From Minutocellus sp. GHC0000111 (Eukaryota): DNA of 64,000 nucleotides. Positions 22,518 through 33,047 of the stretch are shown here, one piece after another (positions within the stretch are counted from its first letter, which is position 1; each line of letters opens with the position of its first letter). The DNA lies in NCBI GenBank assembly GCA_977018835.1, contig OZ361256.1, positions 4,092,001 to 4,156,000 of the forward strand, given 5' to 3'. Below the pieces are notes generated by a model. It saw nothing but the letters and a program-made list of their open reading frames with translations. It did no database searches and had not been told where the DNA came from. A program made the position numbers and the translations under genes.

Positions 22518-23885
22518 ATGGTCAAGCATCATCAGAAGGAAAAGAAGAAGCTGTCCAAATCCAAAAAGGATGAGGCCGCCAAGGAGCGCGAATTGCGTCT
22601 CAACAATTTGGATCAGTTTGCCGGTTCCAGTGATGAGGAAGAGGTTGATCCCAAGGCAGTAGCCGCTGCGAGTGATGATGACGATGACCAATCTGGCGAT
22701 TCGTCCGATGATTACGAGCAGTATGACCAAAAGCAAAAGGGACCCCGTCGTCGTGGTGGCGTCGGTGCCCGCAAACGCTCGGCCAGTGTCGGCAATGAGG
22801 CCGATGTCGAGGAAGATGAGAGCAGTGACGACGATGATAGTGAGGACGAAGTAGAGCAGAAGAAGCCTTCCAAGGCCAGTAGTAAAAAGAGTAGACGCCA
22901 AGAGGAAGCTGACTCGTCAGGCGATGATGATGATGATGACGACGACGTCGATGAATACGGAGACGATGAGTTTGGCGACGGTGTTGCTGGTCAAGACAAC
23001 GAGATGGAATCGGCCGATGAATTCGAGGGAGGCGACACGTCTCTCTCGGCTGTTGCCAGCAAGAGCGCCGGTATGGCTGGTGCTATGGCCCGTATTCTTG
23101 GGGCTGGCATTGGTGGGTCGGCTCCTCCATCGCAAAAGGCACCCTCCAGCAAGTCCCAGTCCACCACCAACGCCACTGGATCGGTCATTCTGTCCAAAAC
23201 CAAGACGCCACTGCAAAAGCTTCAGGAAAAGCAAAAGTCGGCCGATGCGGCGTTGCGAGAGAAGCACCGGCAGCGCCGTGAGACCAACCTGACGGCCATG
23301 CACGTCCCCCTGAGCGCGGCGACGTCCCGCCCCCTGTCCATATCGCAAGACGGGCAGGTCATCAAGAGCGCCATCGCCCAAGAGCTCGAGGAGGAACGCG
23401 CCCACCGCCGCGTCGCCACCCGCGGCGTCGTGGCGCTGTTCAATGCCATCTCCAAGCACCAGGACAAGATGCGGGAGGAGGCCAGCGCCGAGCACCGGAC
23501 GGCCGCCAAGGCTGCGGCCTCCAAGTCCGGCGGCAAGAGCGCCGAGGAGGTCAAGGTCATGTCGAAGCGTGGATTCTTGGACATGCTCAAGACCAATGCC
23601 ACCAAGGTTGATGGCGGTGCAGCGGCCAAGTCTGCCGAGGATGAGACATCCAAGGATGCCACCTCCTCTAAGTCCAAATCGGGCGGTTGGAATGCTCTCA
23701 AGGATGACTTTATGATGACGTCCAAGCTCAAGGATTGGGATAAGGAGCTGTCCGACGAGGAAGATAGTGATGACGACGACGACGAAGCTGGTGGCGGAGG
23801 AGGTGGCAATGTGGTGAATGATGACTGGAGCGATGACGATGATAAGGTATCGTCGGCTGCCAAGAGGCAACGAGTGCGAGCCTGA
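22518..23885 (+). CDS. RRP15: RRP15-like ribosome biogenesis protein
   Basis: Acidic N-terminus; ERAHRRVATRGVVALFNAISKHQ, SKRGFLDMLK, WNALKDDFM...KLKDWDK. Confidence 0.9.
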   Translation: MVKHHQKEKKKLSKSKKDEAAKERELRLNNLDQFAGSSDEEEVDPKAVAAASDDDDDQSGDSSDDYEQYDQKQKGPRRRGGVGARKRSASVGNEADVEEDESSDDDDSEDEVEQKKPSKASSKKSRRQEEADSSGDDDDDDDDVDEYGDDEFGDGVAGQDNEMESADEFEGGDTSLSAVASKSAGMAGAMARILGAGIGGSAPPSQKAPSSKSQSTTNATGSVILSKTKTPLQKLQEKQKSADAALREKHRQRRETNLTAMHVPLSAATSRPLSISQDGQVIKSAIAQELEEERAHRRVATRGVVALFNAISKHQDKMREEASAEHRTAAKAAASKSGGKSAEEVKVMSKRGFLDMLKTNATKVDGGAAAKSAEDETSKDATSSKSKSGGWNALKDDFMMTSKLKDWDKELSDEEDSDDDDDEAGGGGGGNVVNDDWSDDDDKVSSAAKRQRVRA

Positions 23886-23965
23886 AGTCTAGTAGGGCAC
23901 ATTAAAAATCGTCTACATATGTAGATCTATCTACATTTTTTAAATTACGATGTACAAATCCGTCC

Positions 23966-24137
23966 CCACCTACATGTATATAAGCAATTTCTGCTGAGAG
24001 CCCAGCCCTCAAATTTCTTATTTTGGAATAAGGAATAACATGCGAATGAGGTACCAATTCGCTCTTAGAATAAGCAATATGTTCAGAATCTCAGTCCTCA
24101 CCTAAGCAATTTGAAATTGCTTATAAAAGGTAGGTGG
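23966..24137. mobile_element. Candidate MITE (~170 bp) with terminal inverted repeats
   Basis: CCACCTAC..TATAAGCAATTTC (23966-23991) is inverted as GAAATTGCTTATA..GTAGGTGG (24113-24137); internal TAAGCAAT copies at 24071 and 24103; AT-rich and non-coding. Confidence 0.55.
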
Positions 24138-24717
24138 CTACATGTACGGACTGTACACATGATTCAAGACGTCAAAATCGAGTAGACTCTATATGTAGAT
24201 CTACATACATGTACATGTATTGTTTGTACAGTACACGTAGATCTACACACATATTCATTCATTCAACTCTTTTGCCGGTTATAGACCCAATCTCACTGCA
24301 GAGACTAACTTGCGGGCGACACTGATGGTCTGGACGGACGGCGGCTGCATACGGGCCTGTTTTGTGTGTGGCGGCTGGGGGGGGACGGACTCGAGTCACT
24401 ACATGTTATGACCCAAGAGGGGGCTAAGTGATTTGAGGGCAGTAGTGTGAATGTCACCCAAGGCGCAAGAACCCAAGGCAAATAAATGAGACAATTAGAT
24501 CATTGGCGCATTATATCCGAACATGACACGCGAAGCGCACCGCGCCACCAAGTTGCTAAATTTGTCATGCAATGGCTCCATTATTGTAGCGGCACTCACA
24601 CAGTGCAACGGATCCTTTGATCGCCACTCTCACAAATTGAGTGCAACGGATCCCAGCGAATCGAAGCACAATATTTGCATCGAAAGAAGACGACGACGCC
24701 AAAGTACAACTTTCATC

Positions 24718-25912
24718 ATGTATTCGTCCCAGGTAATCTTTGCGACTGCCGCTATCATCGTCGGTAAGCCCGTTTGTGCGCCGCTCTTATTCATACTTAT
24801 ATGTAGTGTTTGTCACCGTGCCGTTTGATGATCTCATGCATGCATGCAGCGATCCGATGAGTGTGATGTGCATTGTAGCTGCTTTGTGCATTTTGACTTG
24901 TGCCCATTCATATATTCTAATAAATACTCATACTTTACATTTTCTCTTTCTCTTCTTTTTTCATCGACAATATCTGATCCCAACACAGGCTCGATCGTTG
25001 AGATCGAGGCTGGGAAAAGTGGTATTCGCAATCTCCTCCAGCTCCGTCATGGTGCCGACAACAAGGTAAGCGAGTGAATTTCATGTATTCATAAAGATAT
25101 GGCTACTTATTTCGTTGTACGAGTGATTCGCAATTGAATATATTGAATTGCCTTCTACCCCCCGTAATACTAATACTATTTTGACTGCATAAAAAATGCA
25201 GCTCGATAACAGGCACCTCCAAGGTGCGCCTCAGCATCCAGATCTTTCGAACGTTGCGACTACTGGCGGGAAATTCTCTGCCGATGTGACCTTCTATCAG
25301 CAAGGAAACCAATACATTCGTATCCTCAAGAACGACTGCAAAACCAAATTCACCCCCGGTGTCGAGTTCTCTGCTGATAGTAAAGCTAGTTCCAAGTCCG
25401 AGTGGGCGGAAACGGGTGGAGCCAACGACGTAGTTCCCTTCGAGATCCCTCTAAAAAATTTCCTCAATCACATTGCAGACGACAACAGACAGGTAGATAT
25501 ATGCATCCAACTCGAGACTGATAATACCCTCACGAATATCCAATACGAAGTGAAGCTAGATCTTACTCACGAGACTGCCGCCTTCAGCGTCGACGTCAAG
25601 CAGCCAGATGCCGTCGTGGCTGGCGTCACAGTCAATACGCAGCTCACCGCCTGGGTATGTGCCGGCGATGATGCAAGTCCTGTTTTAGCCAACAAGATCG
25701 ATGAACTTGAGGTACCCGGAAAGATCTACATATGCATCAAATGCACCGACGGTTACGCCATCCGACGTGGCGAACTTTCTGCCGATGCGGCTGAGACAGG
25801 GCCAGGTTCTGACAAGAAAATCGCCAACTACATGACCCTAGCAAATGGAGTCACTGGGCAATACGACGTCGATGATACCTATCAAGTCATGTCTACCAGC
25901 GGTCAAACATAA
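24718..25912 (+). CDS. Secreted RXL-motif protein, truncated paralog of the next gene; exons 24718-24763, 24989-25065, 25202-25912
   Basis: Signal peptide MYSSQVIFATAAIIVG; NRHLQ; HPDLS...YIRILKNDCKTKF...VDICIQLET...AWVCAG...LEVPGKIY aligns with the downstream gene. Confidence 0.7.
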
Positions 25913-25953
25913 AACGCAATCGAATCGAACACAACGAAGTCAATTGTAGAGAT

Positions 25954-27856
25954 ATGTTTTCGCCCCGCATATTCCTCGCCATCGCATTCGTCGTCGGTAA
26001 GTACAATCATTTGAGAGGAGACTCATTGCGACAAGTGCCGTGGCCGAGCGAGATGCGAAGGCCACGTCGTATCGTTGGCCTTCGTCGGTCGCTGAACATT
26101 GGATCCTGACTTACATCTTACATCCTCCCCCGCCTTTTCTTCTTTTTTGTCACGAACACATATCATCCGACAGGTTCTATCGTTGAGGCCAAGACAAGTA
26201 CTAGTAGCACCTCTCTTCGGCGTCAAGTTGTACTTCATGATGATGTACCCGCAATCTACAGGGCGGACCCAAGCATCCTGATCTGAGTATCACTTCCACC
26301 AATGGAGGAACCATTACCGCTTCCGCAGAGTTTTTTCAGGGCGGCAATCGCTACGTTCGCGTTTTCAAGAACGACTGCGAGACCAAGTTCGATCCCGATG
26401 TGGACTTCACCGTTGGAGGCGTTTCCTCTGCCGACTCGGAGTGGACCGAAAACGGCAATGCCAACGAGAAAGTAGACTTCGTGATACCTCTCAAGCATCT
26501 CAACGGGCACCTCGACACCACTGACGCAGGGAAGGTGGACGTTTGCATTCAGCTCGAGACCGTCAACACCCTCAGCAATACTCAAGTGACTGTCCAACTC
26601 GACCTTACCCATTCAGCTACAGCAGTATCCGTTGAGGCCAAGCAGCCAGATGCCATCGATCTTGCTCCGGTGAACATCGAAACTAAAGTCGATGCCTGGG
26701 TATGTGCTGGTAATGCCGACAATCCAGCCATTACCGACACCAAGATTGATTCTCTCGAGGTCCCCGGTAAAATCTACGTGTGTGTGGAAGTTAATGAAGG
26801 CTACGCCATCCAAAGTGGCAAGCTCGTTGCCGATGCCGCTCGGACTCAAGGCGACGACAAAACTATTGACAACTATATGGTCCTAGCAAGTGGTGTCACT
26901 GGGCAATACAACGTGGCCGACACCTTCCAAGTCTTGAAACCGAACCTTGTTCGAGTTTCCATCATGGGTGACAGGAATTGGGCACCTGTCTTGTCTTCAG
27001 GCACTCTTACCATTACCGTCGATGCCTACTTTGTGCCCACCGCCGATCGTCGTTTGGCATCATCTCGTCACCTTGCCAAGTTTCAGCCCGGCAGCCTACG
27101 CATCAAGAACGCCAACGCCAAGGAGCAGAAATTTGCTTCCGCCTTTACGACGGTTCAGCTTAGGGCCGCTTCTGATACTGGTCCAGAATTGACGTCTGGT
27201 GCTGGTCCTGCTCCTACTTCTGGAGTTTTCCTGACGACACTACTTCTACCAATCAACCAAAGACGAACATACCGGTCATTGCTTGTGCCGCCGGCGCTGG
27301 TGCTTTCGTGGTGCTGGTTGCGGTTGCCTTCCTCCTTATTTCTCGCAAAAGGCGCCAGAATGAGGAAGCCAACGAAAAGGCTGTCGCCGCCCTCAACACG
27401 ACCGACAAGGGTTCCCTCGACTCCACTACCAGAAGCTCTCTTCGAAGCTCTATCAGCTCTAGCAATGGCAGCGATCATGATACTTCTCGTACCAGCGCCA
27501 GTAACCCCAGGATCTCCGGGAACCCCAATGCCCGTGGCCCACCCCATCGTCCACCTCAAGACTCTCAACGCGCTTCCCCTCGTCGTCCTCAACAAAGCTC
27601 TCATCGTGGTCCTTCTCACTGTCAGCCAGAAGGGTCTTTACGTGGTCCCCCACGCCGCACCGATGGCAGCATTCCCACCGGTGCTCCCCGTAATGCTCCT
27701 CCTCGACGTCCCAATTGTCCACCCCGCTCTAACAGCCGTTCTAGAGGCCCCGTTCTCGCCAACGGAGGTCGCGTTGCTCCTCCCCGTCGTCACAATGGCA
27801 ATGTCCCTCGCCCCCCCTACGGTCATCTTCGCCCCAAGACCCCTCCCCCGTATTAA
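25954..27856 (+). CDS. Type I membrane RXL-motif protein with Pro/Arg-rich cytoplasmic tail; intron 25997-26173; frameshifts at ~26250 and ~27228
   Basis: Signal peptide MFSPRIFLAIAFVVG; RNLQ and RRLASSRHL motifs; TM VIACAAGAGAFVVLVAVAFLLI followed by SRKRR after frame correction. Confidence 0.7.
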
Positions 27857-28100
27857 ATTCTCAAGAAGGGTTTCAGTGTGCCAATTGCTCAGAGCGCAAA
27901 GTTAAGCCAATATCATGTCAAAATTTATCAAAAAGAAGTAAGAAAGAAAGTACAATGTGTTGCAATTTGGATTGCAACTTCCGCATAAAATCAATTACAT
28001 TAAATTAATTAAGGTTACATGTATAAAGTTATACATTGAGAGTGAAATGAAATCGAAATAAATATACAGTAAGAGGACTTAGTAGTCGTACTATATATAC

Positions 28101-29545
28101 TTATTCAACAATCTCGATGATAGAACCGCGGAACTGGACGTCCATCTTCTTCCGGTTGATACTGAAGTGTAGGGCGGCATCACTGACCAGACGTCCGGTG
28201 GTCCTGAGAACTGACATGCGCATGACCCGCTTCCTCTTGGCAGCTGCCAGCTCATCCAAATCTTCAATCTCACGAAGGAGAATGCCACGGAAAATCTCTC
28301 GATAGTCCTCAATGGTCAGCTCCTCTTCGTCATCTTCATCGTCTATGTATCCCAAGTGCAAAAGTTTCAGACCAACGACGCCGATGGCATCGTCCAGGGC
28401 GGCCTTGTCATCTTCGCTGGCGGCGTCGTCAATGGGCAGGAACTCCTTTTGGCATCCAAGGACGTAATGTGCGAGGAAGACGAACCACCCAGCCCAAGCA
28501 ATGCAATTTCGGTACGTTTTGCAGAGGAGTTCTTCGTCCTTGCCTCCCTTCTCGACCATGACCTGGGCATACTCATCCCACAACTTCTCAATGATACCGA
28601 GGAAGGCATCATCGACCGAAAATGCGTGGCCATTGATGGCATGAGCCAACAGACACGATATTGGCCATGACCATGACAATCCAATATCTCTCCCAATCGG
28701 CCCTGCAAACACCATCTCAAAGTCACACAGTACCACGTCGCCATTGGGACCGAATCTCTCCAACGTGGCCACGTCGGGCTTGGCCTCTACCAATATGTTG
28801 AAGGCATGGGCATCGGAATGCACCAAACAATCTCGATCATCATAATTCGCCCTATTGGCATCGATGATTTGGTCGCACATGTCCTTGCCGTACGATTTCG
28901 CCAGCTCGGCGACACGTCCGCCCTCCCCATCTGGCAGGGCCACCATTTGGTGCAGTTTCTCCTTCATGGCTGGGAAGATGGTGAGCATACACGGGCGGAC
29001 GTTGGTGTTGAATTCCGGATCAAAGTCTGCACAGTGCAGCAAAGCCAGCGTTTCGGCCAACTTTGGGACGGGCCGATATCGTCCACGACCCCATCGATGA
29101 ATTGGTTGGCCCACTGCTCATCGGCGTGGTTGGTCCACTGCGTCACCAGCAGTTTCATGTCTTGCACATCGACGCATAGGTAGGGAGTGGCAACTGGCGC
29201 CTCGTCCATCATGTTGACACACGTATTCATGATGACGAATTCATTTTCGGTACGGACCAGGCTGTAGTCCACGTCGGGATCGGGATTCCACAGGGCGTAG
29301 GGGAAGCATAGCTTGGCAAAGAGGGCCACGTCGGGTTGGTTTTGGAGGGAAACCTTGTAGGAAAAGTTGGTACATCCACCGCTGATGACCTTGGCGGTGA
29401 GTTGGTCTCCGTCGTTTTCGATGGCAGAGCGGATGGTTTGGAATTGATCGAATTTACCAGAAAGATCGGTGACGTGAGAGGTGATGGTTTCCTCCACAAG
29501 GGTCAAAAGTTGGGAGGGATCGCTCGGTCTTTCGTCGGTGGACAT
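28101..29545 (-). CDS. APH/choline/methylthioribose kinase-like phosphotransferase; frameshift at ~29075
   Basis: ISGGCTNFSYKV...LFAK; CLVHSDAHAFNILV (Brenner-type motif); LCDFEM..AGPIGRDIG. Confidence 0.82.
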
Positions 29546-30269
29546 TTTCGAATGTAGAAATGTTTGTTATCGATATATATGCTTTTGGATCGGAGGATAT
29601 CGCATAAGAGTGACTAAAGAGACTGCTGATGGGGGCGAAGCAGGAGGATATGCTTGGCGAAATGAAGGGCGGATGAGGAGGGGGGGCAGGAAGGTTGCGT
29701 TCCAAAAAGTCGGATGTTGCTCAGATCATCAGAAAGATTGAAAGATATTTCGAATGCTATGGGACCGTTTGGGACGTCCTGACCTTCGTCGGTCTCGGCA
29801 ACTCGGGAGTAAATTACGTCATTGAAGAACCCACATCAGCCACGTTCTACGACCAAATAAAAGGAATTGACTTTCGATTTCCGACGGGACCATCAGGAAA
29901 AGCACGCGGCGACATCGCCGACAATGCTTCCGCTCCACGCACGCCTTTCCCTTTTCGCCGAGCGAGCGATGCCATCTCACTTTTCACGACAAAGGAGGAG
30001 CGGAAAGCGAAGACAGTAGTGAATTGAAGATTCAAGGCAGCGACAAATCGGACCACCGTCTGTATCTATTCGAAAGGTGGCAGTCGTCATCCAAACTTTC
30101 GAATTTCTCACGTATCTGTCGCTCTCCCAATTGTAGCATATCTTGTGCCGGTTTTCGCTTTCTCAGCGGTCGATCCCCCTTCTTCGACTTCTTGTGTGGC
30201 GTACAGTCCAGGCGTTCTGCCCGATCATCACACACGCACATCGCATCTTACTCGTAGTCGCTAGCCAAA

Positions 30270-32833
30270 ATGGGCCTCCAAGATTCTCCCTCTGCCGCTT
30301 CAGGTGTATCCTCGGCTACAAGTACCGGCGGCGCTAGTCAGCATCCCAAAACCCGCACCAAGAACGAGGGATTCTTCGCCAACCTCGCCAACGCCGCCGC
30401 CTCGGCGGGCTCTCGCGCCATCAGCGCCCTCGATGACGAGAAGCACGACGACGTCAGCACGGCCGCCTCGTCGACGCACGATACTCTAGTCGGGACGCAC
30501 TTTGTCGCCTCGCTGGGCGGCGACGGAGGAGGGGGGGTCTGGCGGCCGGTTTGGCCCGCATCCGACGAGTCAATTCCGGCGGGGCCATCGACAGCGCCAG
30601 GAGAGAAATGGCCAAGGAAGAAGCTGTCAACAATACCGACATTTCTGCTCGGCGATTCTCGGAAAGTGCCGCCGCCCAATCGGCCCAGATGCTGCAAGAC
30701 ATGCTGAACGATGACTGGTCCGACGAGAGTGACGTCGATGAGGACATGCTGCATGGCCATGGAGGTTTGGGAGGGTCGAATCATCAGTACTTTGGCGCCT
30801 CGTCCAAGCTTGGCACCACCACCAATGCCCTCCTGCAAAAGCAAGAGGAGGAACTCAAGGCTGCCACTGATTCCTTCCGCTCGTCTCGTTCCAATGGCAA
30901 GTACACCTACTCCCCTCCAACCGGAGATGACTCCAACCGTTCCCTTCAAAGCGTTGGCTTGCACAACAATGCCAATACCCAGCATCCATCGTCTTCGAAT
31001 CGTTCCTCCCCGGTCTCGGCCGCCTCGTCGGTGACATCCGACCGGCGCCGATCGCGACGGTCCAAGAGCTCGTGGGGGAAGAACCAGCCCATGCGGAAGC
31101 CACAGGCACCTCCTTCCTCATCCAGTGCCGTGTCCTCCATGAGAGGTACCGAAGTGTCCAACAGGCCGACGGTGCCCGTCAACGAGGTGCGGAATGCCTG
31201 CACCCTGTCCATCGAGATCATCGGGTCCAGCTCGACCAACATCGGTATCGGCGATGATGCCAACGGTACGTCTGCGGCTCAGGTCCCTCCTGCCGCTGCC
31301 GATGCTAGCATTGGCGGAGGCGGTTATGGGACCCGTAGACGCCGAAGCAGCCTCCTCGTTGTCAACGATATGCAAGCCAGCACCCTCGAGGCGGAGGCTC
31401 GGCAGGCAGTGAAAGATGCCGAGCAAGCTGCCAAGGACGACGGGGACAACGAGGCGGCCAAGAACAAAAAGCAAACTGGTCATCTGGCATCAGGACCGCT
31501 TTGGGCCGAGATCCGTCGTCTGCTCAACTTGGCGTACGGGTCGGCACCCAACAGGCATGTCGTGGAAGACTTTGCTGTCGTCCCTGCCCAAGGCGATGGA
31601 TGTGCCATCTGCATCCTCCGCGCGGCACCAAATCATCCCACCAAGGAATTCACCGCCGTTTGGTTGGCCGCCCGACTTCTGGTGTGGAGCTCGCAGTATG
31701 GCAAGGACGAGGCCTACGAGAACATGCTCCTTGGCAAAGAAGGCGTCTATGACCCCAACGCTCCCTTTGTCAACCTCCGTTGTGGCATAAATTGCGGCGA
31801 AGTGCGCGTTGTCCGCGATGTTTACGGCGATCCGTCGGTGGTCGGCGAGTCCATCGATCTGAGCTGCCGTATCTGCGATTCGGCCCAGCCCAACCAGATA
31901 CTCGCTAGTTCTTCGACGGTAATTCCCAAGTTGGTCCGTTCGACCATTGGCAACATCGTCAGTGGCATCCGCAGTCTAATGACCACTCGTCGTCGCAGCA
32001 GCAACGGTGCTGGCAAGGGCGGACATGACAATGACAAGAACTACCACGGCGATAATTCTGGCGTTCGGTACAATGTGGATATGATCCCCAATGAAATCAT
32101 CGTTGGGATGAATCAGGGCGCTACTAGCCTGGTCCAATCCATCACCTGTTCTGTGGAACAAGTGAAACTAATTGGCAGTGTGAGCCATGGCGACCTCCAG
32201 GCTCTTATGGAAGCCACCGAAGCGACACCCCGCGTCCAAGTTGGGAACAACGCAAAACCACTGACAAAGTGGTACATGAAGATCAAGCCAACCGAACTGG
32301 CCGAGGATGAGACGACGGGTATGAAGAGTAAAGTATCGCCGACAGACCTAATCCAGAGGCACGTGTCGATTGCCTTTGTCGGAGTCAACCATGATAGGCT
32401 GGCACAGGTCTTCTCGCGTGTCATTGACCAGGACGAGAGCCTTCGGTGGGAGAGAGTGTACATCCTCTTCCTTACTGACTCCTGTATTGAAAGCCTCCAT
32501 GTCGCTACCGACGGAAAAGAGTCGGAGGCCGAGGCCGAGGCCGAGATTCGGAAGAAGAACAAGTCAAGAATTCAGCTCGAGGCAGTTTTGAGCGGCCGGG
32601 TCAATGACCTGCGCTTTTACGAATACGACCAGCCCTTCTTCTGCGGCAGTTTTTGGGACTGGGATGAACGCGGGGGCTTTATTCATGTATCTCCGCTTGT
32701 TTGGGGCTGTAGCCCAAAGCGGTGTCCCGCCATTAACTACTTTTGGCAAGAGCGAATGCCATCCGCCGACTATCAGAGCTATCGTGATGGATTGAAAGGG
32801 TTGTTGAAGATGGCTCGGCCCTTTGATCTCTAG
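30270..32833 (+). CDS. Atypical class III nucleotidyl cyclase-like protein with a C-terminal domain resembling DUF5919; frameshift in the G run at ~30531-30538
   Basis: TLSIEIIGSS, QGDG, LRCGINCGEV...VVGESIDLSCRICDSAQPNQILAS follow the class III cyclase pattern. Confidence 0.7.
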
Positions 32834-33047
32834 CATGCTGTTGTCAGTACCTAGACTAGGTAAGAGTAGTTTAGCACCTTGAATACATGCTCAGCGGCAT
32901 AGCAGATCTCTACGCTTAGTACAGTGCTTTGCTACAATTGTACACAAAAACATAAACCACCGTACAATTTTTTCATTTCATCGTCAGATTATAAAATGGC
33001 CATGCTCATGAGGGGGCTTGGCCTAGTCTAGCACAAACATGTCACAT

